DNA from: Phoronis australis
Taxonomy: Eukaryota; Animalia; Phoronida
Direction: 5' to 3'
NCBI GenBank assembly: GCA_002633005.1
Contig: NMRA01000302.1
Span: forward strand, 401,848 to 465,847
DNA length: 64,000 bases
A model generated the notes under the pieces. It was given only the letters and a program-made list of their open reading frames with translations, did not search any database and was not told where the DNA came from. Position numbers and translations under genes: made by a program. Shown piece by piece: positions 1 to 13,700 of the stretch; positions within the stretch are counted from its first letter, which is position 1; the number at the start of each line of letters is the position of its first letter.

Positions 1-224
1 GCTGGAGTCTCCGTCAAAATAAAACTTTTAAGTGGATCTTGAAAATTTCTCAGTTGCAACTGTTACACTACTATAATAACTGATTTCCCTAATGCCTCAG
101 GAGTCCACCGTTCTTAAATCTGCGTCTTTGTGACATAAAACTTATTGGAATGCCTGATATATTCCAAACTTTTCCTGAATTGCCGATATTAAATTTAATT
201 TATTTTATTTTAACAATTACGAAG

Positions 225-3200
225 ACGAGACATGGATCTTTTGGATACGCCTGACAAATATCCTGAGCTATTCCATGCCAGCTTTGACATCGTGGTTTCA
301 CCAAGGGAACGACCCCGGGTCGATCAGTCAGCACCCTGGGAGAACTTCAGCTCAAAAAGTCTTCGTCCAAAACTGCTTTTCAAAAACAAAGGTGAACACG
401 AAGATGCTGTATCAGAATTTGGTGAGTACGCAAACTATTGTGGAAATTTACCGATTTTTCTATGGTCTTTTTAATTTGGCACACTGAAACAAAGAGAGAT
501 AAAGTCGTAACATTTTGATTAATAAGCTAAAAGTATTTTTGTATGAAAGTATTTCAGTTATTCTAGGCAGCACTGTGGTGATACGTTCAAATACATGGCA
601 TGTTACGCTCCTTGAATTGTCTGACCATCTTGTAGTAACAAAAAAGTGCTAAAATAACATTTCTTGTGTCACTGTCACGTTTTCCGTCCTCAGTTGACAG
701 GGGAAATCGTGTTCTTCGTGAATACAAAGTTTGTTGTGCGTACAACGTTTGCGATTGATAATTTTCAACGATATTCTCTCGAGCTCTCTGTAGCTTGGAC
801 AATGTTGTGTGTTCAACAAATTTTGCCTACAGGAGGCGCTGCTGCCAAATGATTCTAATTTAGTTTACATGAGGCACTACTTCCAAAATCCAAATCATTC
901 TAATGATGTCTACAGGAAACACTGCTATCAAATTTTTCTAATTTTGATGTGCGAAGAAAAAAGATTTGGTGCTGCATATTTTTTGCTATAGTTGTTGTGT
1001 TTTTTTGTAACCAATGAGTGATTAATGTCCATTTCCTTTCAGGTGCGTTGTTTGGGGACCAGTTGAGTAGGGGGTCCAGTTTGAACTCAAATGAGCCCCG
1101 CTCTGACGACAGTGCTTCCACTTCAGCAGATGACGTGTCTCCAATTCACGTAAGCAAAGCAAATGCTCCGCCCCCTCGACCCCCAGCTCCTGATGTCATC
1201 AAAGATTCGCAGCGTCAATCAGCGCAGTCGAATTTCTTCACTTCGCTTGATTGGCAGGACACAAACCAATCCAACAGCACTGTGGAGGGAAGTAATACAT
1301 TTGATGATGATTTTGAAAGCTTGTCAAAAGCTCGTGCTGGTGCCAAAGAGGAGGGTGAAAATTTGATTGGTGTGAGTGATGATGATGATGACGATGACGA
1401 TGATGATGAGGTCGCAGGTCAATCAGCAGGGACAATCGAAAATCAACACATTGATTTGCTTGGTTTGTCCGCGGAAAGCAGTGCACCTGACAGTAACAAG
1501 CAAAACGGGAACATTCAAGGTTTTGACTTGTTGAACATGCAGGACAACGAACCCTCGAACTTTGACCTGCTCAGTGGCACATCTGCACCACCTACGGAGA
1601 GTCAGCAGAACTCGACGTCAGACTTGCTTGGGGGCGGTTTCGAAGCATTCCAGTCCGCTCCACAGGCGGCAGAAACGAAACAAGCTCCTCCACCTTCGCA
1701 AAATACATTCGACCCGTTTGATAGTTTCGCCAGTCCACCTCAGCCTAGTGTTCAAGTGAATCAGAACACGTTTGATCCGTTCCAGTCAAACACAATGCCC
1801 AGTACAACTGGCACAGCAAATAAGCCAAAATCTAATCAAGATGATTTCCTGGCTTTTATGGAGAGTCCTGCAGACACCTCCAGCCAAGAACCTGACCTCA
1901 TGGGCAGCTGGGATACACACAATCTTAAAACGCCCGAGACAACCATGCCGAGGAACTTCAGCAATCCAAACATTGCCAGGCTGAACGGAGCTCCATCTGG
2001 TGGAATGCAGAGAAGTGCCAATAGTAACCCTAACCTAGCTAGTCCACAGAAGTCCAAAGCAGATCCGTTTGCTGATTTGGGTATGTGTCCCTATAGATAA
2101 GATTGATTTGAACTATTTGGGTTTTTTTAACTGGCAGTGCACGAGTGTGTATTGGGTGCAAGAAAGAAAGAATTCAGGGCCAGTTGCCTACTGTCAATTT
2201 TTTTCAGTTTGTGTTTGCCAACAAGCAAAATTTATATTGCCAATTTTCTCAGCAAAAATAATTTTTTCAGGAAAGTTTACTTTGCTCTTAGCATGGTTTA
2301 CATGGTGTAGCAGACCAAACAACAGTTGGTGAGGTGTTAAGCATCTTCAATGATGTGGTATACCTCTGAAATTTATGTGCGTGTGCGTGTGCGTGTGCGT
2401 GTGTATGGTAATTTTAGCAATTATTTGGGTCTCAAATTGAAGACTTTTTACTGTAATCTCTGTACTCAGAACCCGGCTCAAAAACTGACCTACTGCCTGT
2501 CAGGTTTTTGACTGAAGTTGCAAAATTATACTCAAATCTTGCTGCGTGTTCGATTAAATTTTGAGTCTTGAAGTCAAGTGTGAATTCAGTCATTATATGC
2601 TTCACCTGGTACAATTATTGTTGAAAATGGCTTACATGTGGATATATGCAGTTCAAGACAAATGTAATCATCAGACAAAATACCGTTTCCCGTTACGACG
2701 GCTACTTCTGTTAACAGCAAAATTTGTTGCTAAAAATTATTATATGGGCAAAATATTACAATTACAGGATGGCTGTGTCAACTTGCTAACTTTCCTGTTG
2801 ATTTCCCTTAATTTTTTGTCATGAAAAAAATTCTGATGTATTCGGCTTTTGCCCAGCTGTCATTCTAGATCATTTTGTCTGAATACTTTTAGGTCAGTCC
2901 TTCATAAAACCTTGGCTTGTTTTGCAAAAAATTGACACTGTATCAAGCGGGTGGTACTTTAGGTCTGCCATATCACTGTAGAGTTCCATGTCAAGTGCCC
3001 ACTGTTACATGGTAAAAAATTGTTTTCCTTCACTGGCTGTTCATTTGTTTACTTTTCTGTTTTACAGGAAGTTTTGGAAAGCCCACAGCGAACAACAGCC
3101 CACTAAGTCAGCAACAAACGAGTCAACAAAAAATGCATCCAGGTACGCACACGAATTTCCTATTTAAAAAGCTGTGGTAACCACGGGCTATCTGTTATAA

Positions 3201-6200
3201 GATGGAGAAGTTCCTATCATTGCTGTGGAGTACTTTATGTGACAGTCTTCTCTTGTTGCATAACATATTGTGTAACTCACGGGCATGAGCTAAAGGACAC
3301 TTAGATTTGGAGATGATTAAACGCATTAAATAATAGTGGAGGTGGTCTGATACACGTTGCATCAGACGTGCACAGTTCGCTTACCCCAGGACCATTGCAC
3401 AAAACGCCTGAAACCAGTTTTTGTCCATCAACATAACACACATACACAAATTAAGACCCAGCAGAGGAACTAGATGCCTGATCCAAGGATCTAGTACTGG
3501 GCTCCAGTGAGATCTGATCCTGCAACCGTGAGGATCTAGTACTGGGCTTCAGTGAGATCTGAGCCTGCAGCCGTGAGAGCAGGAAGCGGACACTCAACTC
3601 ACTAGGCCACAGTGCCTCCTCTTAAACACACTAATGGTGTAGGGTGTAGTAATGACAGATTATCTGAAATTTACACCAATTTATGAACTGGAACATTTGC
3701 ACAAGTGGACAGGTGAGTACCTAACTAGATGTAAAGGGAATGACAGATAGACTATTGTCATTTGGGTAATATTCACTTAGTAATACAGGGGCCCCACGTT
3801 TTGAGAACCAGTTTTCTCTACTGAATATCCCACACAAAACTGGTTCTCAAAGTCTGGGGTCCCTGTGAGGATAAACAGGATTTGTAGTATAAACTTGTAT
3901 CGTGAAAGCAATTTTGGGAGTTAAGGCTGTAACGTTATACATCCTGCCTTTATTATGATTACTTTCATACAAAGAACAATAAAATGCATTTTCTCTTTTG
4001 CTGAAACTTGTAAAAACACTCGTGTATTGTTACATGTAATTTCATGTTTGTACAAAATTGTGAGTGTATTTTAAGGAATGGGTTCCGCCAGTCAGTGGCA
4101 GTCTTCACCCAAGCACTCTGCCCAACCAGGAATGGCGCAGCAGGCATCCCGGCCGCAGGCCCCGCCCACTCAATCACAAGCCCCGCCCAAACCCAACTAC
4201 TATGTGGGCGGTTTCAACAGCGTGATTGGCGGACGAGAAGAGAGAGGTCCTCGACGACCATTCATGAGTAAGATTTGATTGCCATGTCTCGTCCTGTTAA
4301 AAAGTAAAACTTGGAAGACAATGTTATGGAGGAATCCCTGAAAAATGTCTAAATTTGGCTAAATATGGAATGTCATATTTCTGAAATGGCCAATCAAATT
4401 CATGTGAAATTTCCAGATGCTACGCTTTATACAATGTTCTTTAAAATATTGTCGGGAAATATTTTTAAAGTGTTCCATTCTTACAGGAATTGAGAGGCTT
4501 TTCAGATTTTCATGAAAATTTTGCGTAAAACAAATTTAAAGTAAAATGATATTTATAGGAAACTAACAGAATTTTTGAGATTTGTTGAATGTTATAGGAA
4601 ACTAAATTTTGTCACGTTATTGATACCGTTGTTTCATTGTCAATTTCTTTTTTTGTGGATTTTACTAAAAGGGCAGTCATGTGACTCATTTTGGTAGATT
4701 GATACAAATTAGAAAATCAAATTCTGCAGGGTTTCTACTTTCAGAAAATATATACTGCTATATATTACTGAATTTAAATTTACCGTTTTGTTGATGTTTG
4801 CCTTCACACATATGGATTGCTCTCTGTTCTTATTCTGTTCAGATGTAAGGGAACCGTTTCATCGATAGCATGAGATCGTTTTGTGAATGCCATGTTTCTT
4901 TGGATTTTATCTCGGGGTCTAATCTGTGTACTTAAAATCGAACTCGAAATTGTTTGTTTATATCCTCTCATCTACTCAAGAACTCAAGATAAGGGTCTAT
5001 TTTTATGTGCTCGAGTATATTACGTTCTAAGCAGATTTGTGTCTAGTCCAATTTCGCACCTAATGACCACTAGATTTGCGATACAAACTGGTGAAAACTC
5101 AAAATTTCAAATTCAGACTCAAAGTTATAGCTTTAATGCTTGGGTCGTCGTTTGCAAACTAGGATTACACAGTCATCCTAGTAAACCACAATATTTACTC
5201 TACCACAAAATAATGGACACACATCTTAACTTTGCACAAAAGTGGAATTGACAAGGTCAGAAACAATTTTGAGTTCAATTTTGAGTGTGTATTTCTTGCT
5301 TCTCACCGTTTCTTCATATTGGTCAGCTGCCGGTGCAAAAGTGTCCCAGAATGCATTTGAAGACCTTCTTGGCACGCACAGCTTCACACCGTCATCATCC
5401 AGTAAGAACGAACCTAAGACCATCAAAGAGATGAAGAAAGAACAGCTGTTGGAAGATGTAGACCCAGAAGTGCTCAAGGTACACAAAAGGGCCAATCACC
5501 TTGTGTTTGACCACTTGCCGCAATTCAATTGGTCACAATTCACAGGGGTTGATCTATGAACCCAGCTGTGCAGTCTAAACAATTGTGGCTGTAAGTCAAA
5601 GGGAATAAATTGGTTCCATACTCTAACACTAGATGGAGATACTTGTAGGTGCATTGGAGTGTAAGAAGACCTCAGCCAAGAGTGTTCGTGTTAGCATTAT
5701 TATGCCTTTTAACTGTGAACTTGGTTGTCAGAAATGAGTGCTCTGACACTCTATGAAAATGTTTAGTGTTCCAGATTGTGCTAATAGACTAAAATGTTTG
5801 AATCATTAGTCAGTCTCTGATGCTTGTATCATAGTTTGAGAAAGCAAAAGCAGATGCCCCAAGTTTGTACCAACATTTTCATATTTGTGGACGTTGAAGT
5901 GATCTTAGTCAAAATGACAATTTTTCAAAATGGTTATTTGATCGCATATGTCAGGGCATTGTGTCATTTTGAAGTGCATATAACATTGCTGTGAGTGGTC
6001 ATGTTTTTTTAAAAACATCTGGGCCCAATTGCATAAGTCTGTACAACTATCCAGCTGATAAGACCTTATACGGCAGATCAGATTTATACACCGGATATTT
6101 ATCCAGCATATAAATTTGGGTTGCACTAAACTTAAAGTTATACGCTGGATAATTGCTTATCCAGCGTATTAGGCCTTATACACAGAGAACAAGTTTTCTA

Positions 6201-6957
6201 CAAGCGTTCACAGATGGCAGCTTTGGTATAGAAGTATAAGCATCTAGAGCATTAATATGGTGCAGTATATCTTTCGTGGACTAAAATGTCGGCCATATTG
6301 TGTCGTAAAGTGGTGATATTTTACCATCAATAGTTTGGCGTGCTTCTTCAATGCAGGTACGTGAGTGGACAGAGGGGAAGGAGCGTAACATCCGCACACT
6401 GCTCTGTTCACTGCACAAGGTGCTGTGGGACGGCGAGGAGCGCTGGAAGGTGGTTGGCATGCATCAACTTGTGCAGCCTGAACAGGTCAAGAAGTGGTAC
6501 AGGAAGGCTGTGTTGTCGGTACACCCTGATAAGGTAAGTGGACGTCTGACTGGGAGTGTGGCCTGAACAGGTCAAGAAGTGGTACAGGAAGGCTGTGTTG
6601 TGGTTACACCCTGATGCGGTTGGTGGACGTCTGCTAGGCATTGTGGCTTGAACAGGTCAAAAAGTGACACGTGAATGCTGTGCACAATTGGAAACAAGCT
6701 TAATTGTAATTTACACCTTAATTGTCAGTAAACAATAATTCCGTTGTTTGTAATTTTGTTCGATTGCGTAGTTGCATGTCTTATTTTGTTTCAAATTTTT
6801 TTCTGCCGCATTAGAAAAATGTTCAATGTTCCATCATTTCTTGTCGTTTCAGCTCGGCGGGACGCCACAGGAGAATCTTGCTCGCTTAATATTCATGGAA
6901 CTAAGCGATGCTTGGACAGAGTTTGAGGCATCTGGCTCTAAACCTCTATACACGTGA
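225..6957 (+). CDS. GAK: Cyclin-G-associated kinase / auxilin homolog, 3' part (5' exons are upstream of the window). Exons: 225-421, 1043-2080, 3068-3142, 4076-4267, 5327-5478, 6357-6533, 6853-6957
   Basis: All introns are GT-AG with matching phases (1,1,1,1,0,0). The first exon ([21 protein letters not shown]...PWENF...PKLLF) resembles the end of the GAK/auxilin C2 domain. The 1038-bp exon is low-complexity with DLL, DPF/FDPF and FADL clathrin/adaptor-type motifs. The last exons encode the auxilin J-domain ([18 protein letters not shown]...[16 protein letters not shown]...[12 protein letters not shown]), stop TGA at 6955-6957. Confidence 0.95.
2376..2405. repeat. (GTGTGC)n microsatellite
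   Basis: tgtgcgtgtgcgtgtgcgtgtgcgtgtgt. Confidence 0.85.
3455..3621 (-). mobile_element. tRNA-derived SINE-like element with an internal 45-bp tandem duplication (3486-3575)
   Basis: Head GAGGAGGCACTGTGGCCTAGTG (A-box-like); colinear similarity to 8937-9058. Confidence 0.55.
3786..3865. mobile_element. 80-bp fold-back MITE in a GAK intron
   Basis: About 30-bp inverted arms CAGGGGCCCCAC.TTTTGAGAACCAGTTTT / AAAACTGGTTCTCAAAGTCTGGGGTCCCTG, preceded by TA. Confidence 0.65.
6476..6681 (+). repeat. 85-bp tandem repeat (about 2.4 copies) made from the 3' end of the GAK J-domain exon and its splice donor
   Basis: GCCTGAACAGGTCAAGAAGTGGTACAGGAAGGCTGTG recurs at 6476 and 6561, and more diverged at 6646. 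Confidence 0.9.
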
Positions 6958-8936
6958 AAATAGTAATATGTTAGATATGATTGTGATATGTGTAAAGCAA
7001 GGCAGTGTAGATATAATTGATGTAATATATTTAATACCACTGAATGTCTGTTGTAATGAAAGTAGAAAATGTTATTTGATACGCAGGAGAAAAACAATAG
7101 TGTACGCCTTGCTGTCACTGTTCAGTTCCATCTGTGTAGTGCTGCAATTTTAAGCCTAATGTAAAATTGTTTAGTTGGTACAATATGGTGGACAGATGAA
7201 AATTTCATTTTGTCAAATTTATGAACAAAACAAATTTCAGGAAAATTTGCTTTTAGCATGGGTTGTGCGGTCTGGATTTTTCCGAACATTAAGTGGTAAC
7301 ATTTTGACCATTTGCCACAATGTAGTAAGCTTCCAAAAATAGAAAAGTGGCAATTCTAACAATTATTTTCATCCCGAATTGCAGAATTTCTTCCTCCATA
7401 AAGCAGGAGAGTTGAATTTAGAATGTGACCTATTGGCACTGCGCTATATATGCATCATGAGTTTTGTCTGTTGAGATTACAACAGTTTGAAGGTCCATAT
7501 TTCTGGCTGAACATATCCATACTTACTCGTCTCCCATGTTGCGTTTAAGGGTTTCAGGTTTAATTTGTTCTTTAAATTCTTAGTGGTGGATGGTGAATAC
7601 AAATTCTAGGTTTGGTGTTTGGTTTTTCACACCTTGATCCGTGTTACCAAAATTTTTTGTTGGCGTGTTCACTGCCCAGTTTTACCAACCTGTGCAATTG
7701 TTGTGTTTAAAGAAGTAGTATTTAATGTTAACAACCAGAAAGTATCAAAACTATAGAATGTATTCCTTTTACACCTTATTCTCCTGTAGTGGAACGAAGT
7801 ATAGGGTTCTGTTGTGTAAAATTTATAGATGCTGGATAACAACTTTAATATCGTCTTTTTGGTAGTCCTGTTGCTTTTAACCTTTTGTGGACAGTTTAAG
7901 GCGATATGTGCACTTTCGGGGTCAGAGAATTGTGGGATATCCCTCTTTGCTTCCACCCAGAGAGCGTTCCGTAAACTATGGTTCTTGCAAGAAAATCAAG
8001 ACCTCACAAAATCGTGAGAGTGGAAGGCTAGTGTATCTGGAGTTCACTAGTGTAACCTAGAAAAATGGCGGCCACTGAAGTGATTGGTCAGTGAGGTTGT
8101 TTGGTTGAATTATGTGATAGAATTGGTGAATTATCAGCGTAAATTCATCACTTCCATTCCACAATCAAAGATTTTTGCCACAAGTGCAAGAAACTAGCTT
8201 GCAGTCCATGGAATGTAGTCTGACTGACTGGACATATAATGTGTTTTTCTGCGATGGTAGGGGAATTTCTCTCAATCCATTGTACATAGGAGATGTCCAT
8301 TTAGTTCCAGAAAGGGCCAATTGTTAAACATTATTTTCCATGGAAAAGATTTCATGCAACCCACACCAGGTGTACTGATGTGTCTCGTGTGGTAGTTTAC
8401 CCCCGTCTGTCCTATTGTCAGATTAACATTATTACTAAGTGGATTTGCTAGGGATCTGATGGGCATGGTTTGTTAAGGTTAAGAATTGCCTGTACTTAAA
8501 TCACACCTGTGTTGCTTAAAGGCTTATGCAAGACTGAATTTACTGAATAGATGTTCAATTAAGCTCCTAACCTGCAGAATTCAGATCTTCAAATTCGCGG
8601 AGTCCTGTGTGTTTAAATCTAAATTGATTTGAATTGTATTTTATTTGAGCTTACAAAGCGTTTAGACTTATTACATAAAACTGCAAGAACTTATTCAAAG
8701 ATGTGCACATTCCAACACGAGTTAAAGATAATTTTATAAAAAAATAAACTCAAAATCTATTCTAAATACTATCTGCAGTCCACTGTTTTGCAGGAGATGG
8801 CCAAGCACGAGTTCTTCACGTTTTGTGTTCTTTTCATGGACTCTTATTAAGCTACATCGCCTCCCGCTGAGCAGAACGCTGAACCGTATTACAGGGTGTG
8901 TCAAAAAGAGTAATCTAATTATTGAGTTACTGATTA

Positions 8937-9058
8937 GAGGAGACAGTGTGGCCTGGTGTGACAGGTGACCGCCTTCTTTACTTGAGGTCGTGCGTTCAAG
9001 GCCCACTGGGCCACACTGCTAGACCCTTGAGTCAGATTTCTGGCTCCTCAGCCCGGTT
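8937..9058 (+). mobile_element. tRNA-derived SINE-like element, same family as 3455-3621
   Basis: A-box-like TGGCCTGGTGTG, B-box-like GTTCAAGGC, and a shared body (CTAGACCCTTGAGTCAG versus CTAGATCCTTGGATCAG). Confidence 0.55.
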
Positions 9059-10737
9059 TTATCTATATATTAATAAAGCACAAAAATAGTTCCAGGTGAT
9101 CAGTGAAATTGGCCCACGTGCGCGGCCTGCGCACGTCTGGTACAATGTGTTTTGTTTTAGACCAGTAACGGTCACAAAATAGACGAAAGACGTTAATGTA
9201 TCAAATTTGTGATGATTTCAAGTCATTTTAAGGACTTTAAAAAAGAATTAACAGTTGGTTAGTGCTTGATACTAGACTCTTCAAGTTGACTTGTCACGGC
9301 GTATCTTTTTATGCGTCAAGCATGGTTTCGAGGAATGACGAACGACTGTCCGACACTTCTTTGCAAACCCAGAAATCCCATCTCAATTTCAACACGTAAA
9401 GTTCAGTTTTATAGCAGAAAGTCGTCTAAATCAAAAGTTGTCCTTGTGCACGGAAGGCAGGCAAAGAGGCCGCTTTAATCTAATACATGCGCAGTGACTT
9501 CTTGTAGATACACGCCTCAGAACGAGGTGTACTTGTGCCAGTTATGAAGTTGATATCTTAGTCACAGTGGGTGTGCTCGTGTAGTAGACATACAAGTACT
9601 ATTGTGTATCAAAACTTAGTGCATGACATTGAGGAGTCCATAACATTCAGTATTGTGCGATGCTTGCCAGTGTGTGTTGTGGCTACACTCCTGCAAATAT
9701 TGTAAATTATAGAAAATATGTCTACATACTTAAATAAAGGATGGATAAATATCACTGTGTTGTTTTGTTTATATTTGGTTTCTTTTACCAACGGTGTGGT
9801 TTTGGTCATGTAAACTGTAAACAAAGACGGACAAGAAGGAATAACAATTGAAAGTTGCATAACATGAAACATGGAAAAGATTTGGAACGGGTGAGTACAA
9901 AGAGGAAACGATCAGTGTTGTGTTTTGTATGGTTTACCATGATGTCAGTGGACAGGTAACTATCATTCAATGCTCTCTCACAATCGTCGAATAAAATATA
10001 ATTTTCCCCTAAAAATGACAAGTACGAAGAAACGATTCTTATTAAATATTTATTGGACCCACTAGACCTGAGAAAGATGGCCGAAAAGTGTTGCGCGTGA
10101 TTTCCAACTCGCCTTAGAGCATCACAACTGGCGTGTGATTGGCTACTGTAATTGTGCGTCACAACAACAACTTGTGATTGGTTACAATCCTTAGTGCGTA
10201 ACGAATTCCAACGGCACCTGTTTTGTGAGATCTATATCCAATCCAAAAGTAACCTACATTTTCCTGGCCTGATTTGATTCCAATATTCAAAATTGCTGTC
10301 CTTTACAGACTACAGCAAATTGCTTGGAATGATTTTCAAACACAACGTGGATGTTGTTCAGACTGAAATTAAATTTTGGTATGATAATGAAGCTGTACAA
10401 AGACACCGGATTCAAAAACCACGGTCTTGGTGTGTATCATCGACCTGCAACTTTTAAGACTTGTAAATCTTCTAGTAGTTCAGCAAGATGGCGAGTTAGC
10501 ATTCCTAAATTATGGTTCAAGTTAGATTCATTGAGTACTTATAGCAACTATTGTTATGATTTTTTTCTATTTGGACCTTAGTTGTCCTGTTATAGGACTT
10601 TGAATGACATTACATTGAACGACAACTCTAGATAATGCAATTTGTCACAAGACATGGTGATTCATCATTATGCCTTATCAATAAAAGTGTAGTCTAACTA
10701 TCACATCACCATTTTGCTATGAATATGCATGAATATT

Positions 10738-13700
10738 TTAGGAAGATTTCTTCTTTTCTTCCTTTCTGTAGTAGAGAACAGTCAACATCATAATCAGGGC
10801 CAGAGAGGATGACAAGATCTGATTGGCCATCATGCTGTAGTCGTTAATGGCCAACAGATTAGTGGCAAAGCGACCTACAATTGAGAAAAAAATCATGTTC
10901 AAGAGTACCGAAATCCACAAGCAAATTTGCACAATCGTAATATAAAAACTGAAGGTCCCGAGTTAAATAAACTGACAAGTCGGCTTTCACCTTACGTTGG
11001 AACCCGACAGAAGTGTTGGGGTCGCGACTTTACTGAAAACCCATCATTTAATCATGATACTATTGTACCCGCCAATCCATTGTCGTCCAACAGAAATCTG
11101 GCTAAAATTATGCAAATGAGCTTCAAAATATTCCACAGTTTGGAAATAATTAATAATATACGATTACATAATCAAATAAAACTTACTCATACTCGTGGTG
11201 AACGTCATGCCCCATGTGACTGGGCTAACTTGCCCCGAATCCCCCGATTTGTAGATTGCATACCACTGGAAGGCTCGACTAAATAGCAACACTGGACCTA
11301 TGTTTCTCTACGAGTTGGGGAAAGAATAATAATTCGCATTAAAAATGAAAAAGTTTCCATATAACTTAAAGTACAGGTTAATGGCACTTAATAGATCAGA
11401 CCCAAACCAACCATAGTTAACGCTCGAATTTAGAACTAATTTGGAACCGGAAGTGAAGTGATTAATTGTAAGCTGGAATTTTGCAAATGTGAAAACTGTA
11501 GTTTTGAAACTTTTTTGGGTTTTATTGACAGGCAAAATTGTTACCTTTAAGAAGGCTCACAAGAAGAAGTTTCCATTTAACTAGTTACCAAAGGAAATTC
11601 TTAAATTTGCATGACACTAACAACGGCCATTGAAAAATACAAATTAAAGGTGTCGGAAACTGCAGAAGTATTTCAATAAAAGAAAACACCTTAAATAACT
11701 TTATCATATAACCAAAAACTGAGAACTTCAAACTTGTTTCCAGGATTAACACTTCACTAAAGAAAAAAAGGAACATACCACTAAAAAGACCAATACCCAG
11801 TCTGGTGTGATTCCATTTAACACTGAAAAAAAAGCTGCAAGATATCTTTCACAGTGTTAAGGAGACTAGGTACTAATTGCACAATCTAATGTTTCGGAAT
11901 TTAATTAGTAGAAGCGACAGTACTTAACATACATTTAGTTGCCAATTGTCTCTCTTTTGCGGGAACGTCCCGCACTTTGAAGCTTTATCCTACACAGTCG
12001 CCAATATAATGCCAAGCTTTTGACATATAACCCAAAATTCCCGCATTACCGTGTGTTTTTTGTGCTTTTCCAAACAATTAATCCCTATTTCATTGGCACA
12101 GAAAACAAGAAAAAAACCACATCGGTTGTTTCTGGGTGTTGCAGTAGACACCTGCTCTTTGGGTGCGGCCTAGATTCATGTCTGCCGCTTTCTCGTTTTC
12201 AAAAGTTGTCAACTATACTTTTGGTAAATAAAATGACTATCAAAAAGATTAACTTATCAAGTTCAGTATTTAGCATTAGCACTCAGTCTGTTCTCCCCAC
12301 ACGTGAGATCTGATTATTTTTCAAAAATAGATGTGCGGAACGCAAGACCAAATTTTTGACTTAAGTCTTAAGAAATTTTTCATGAAACAGACCTCGTTTT
12401 TTTAGCTTTTGTTACCGCAAAACAAGAGTACATGTGCGTGCATGTGTACGCAACTTTTAACAGAAATTGAAAAGCTTAACTTACGTGAACTATTTAAAGC
12501 CTATTTTCACATCTGAAAGGATACATTGCTATTGCCACTGCTAACTTTAGGTTGAAAAGGTTTTGATGATACACTATAAGGAACAGAAGAATGGCACCTG
12601 AAAATGCATGAGACGTTAAAGTCGCAAACAGTAAATCAACAAATCAAGGTTCAAATAAACGGTTCTTCAAAAATGTTGTCAACTTACATAAACTGTAATT
12701 ATAATAAATAATTCATTTGGGCACAATTTTTACTGCAAAGGAAACAAGCAAACTTTTGACGATGAGATTTATGTTCAGGAATATGCAAAGGTCAGATGTC
12801 TCACTTTGAAAAACTTCATTAAACACTGATCAGATGCCTCACTGAAGTTTAATGTAAAATACCTGACCATTGTAATTATGGTACAGTGCATACTTGCATA
12901 TGAATCTGGCAGTCAAAAGTTATGAAAGGCGTATCTGATGTTTGAAATTGAATTTGAAATTTTGAACATTTCAGCTTCATTTTTGACACATTGACATGTG
13001 GTGTTGTTTATAATGTCCGTTATGAAAAATAATGTAACTCAGACATCGCCAGAAAGTATTATATCTGGGTGTAGTGTTATCACAATGTTTGCCAAATGAT
13101 TTTCCTAAAACTACACAGCTTCGAAATAAGAGTGGTAAACTGCCCGGGTCAAGGTCAAGACGAAAGTATTTTGTACTTAAGTAGAGTTCAATAAAGTTCA
13201 GCAATATTTACCTTGCAAGGATAAAAACACATGCTCCAAGTAGGCGCCCAGAGGGTGGCCTTTTGCGGCCTGGTATAAGAGACAACACGAACAGCTGGAA
13301 ATGAACACGAATTAGAAACAACAGCCACGAATCACTATACCTTAGAAGCATCTTCGTCAAAAGACAAAATTTAACATTACGGCACAAGTCAGTTACAGAG
13401 TTTCCAGAAATGTTGTAGCATTTAAAGTCACACACAAAAACAATTAGCTTATAGAATTGCCATAATATCAACGTACGTAAACTTATGGGGCCCATGTATT
13501 TTTTTCATTTCAGGGTCCTGTGGCGTTATAGCGTCTGGAACTATGTGATCGGTTGCATGAAACAGTCCCAAATAGGGACTCAACTAAGTTCCCTAAATCT
13601 TTTTCGTATTTGTTTCGCTCTTTAGGCGCTGGGGTAACATTTTTCTATAATTTTATCTTTATCATGAGCTCTTCTTTGAATAATGGCATTTTCTAATCAT

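Noticed and set aside
1238-1486. His-rich minus-strand ORF
   Set aside because: Antisense shadow of the poly-Asp (GAT/GAC) tract in the GAK exon.
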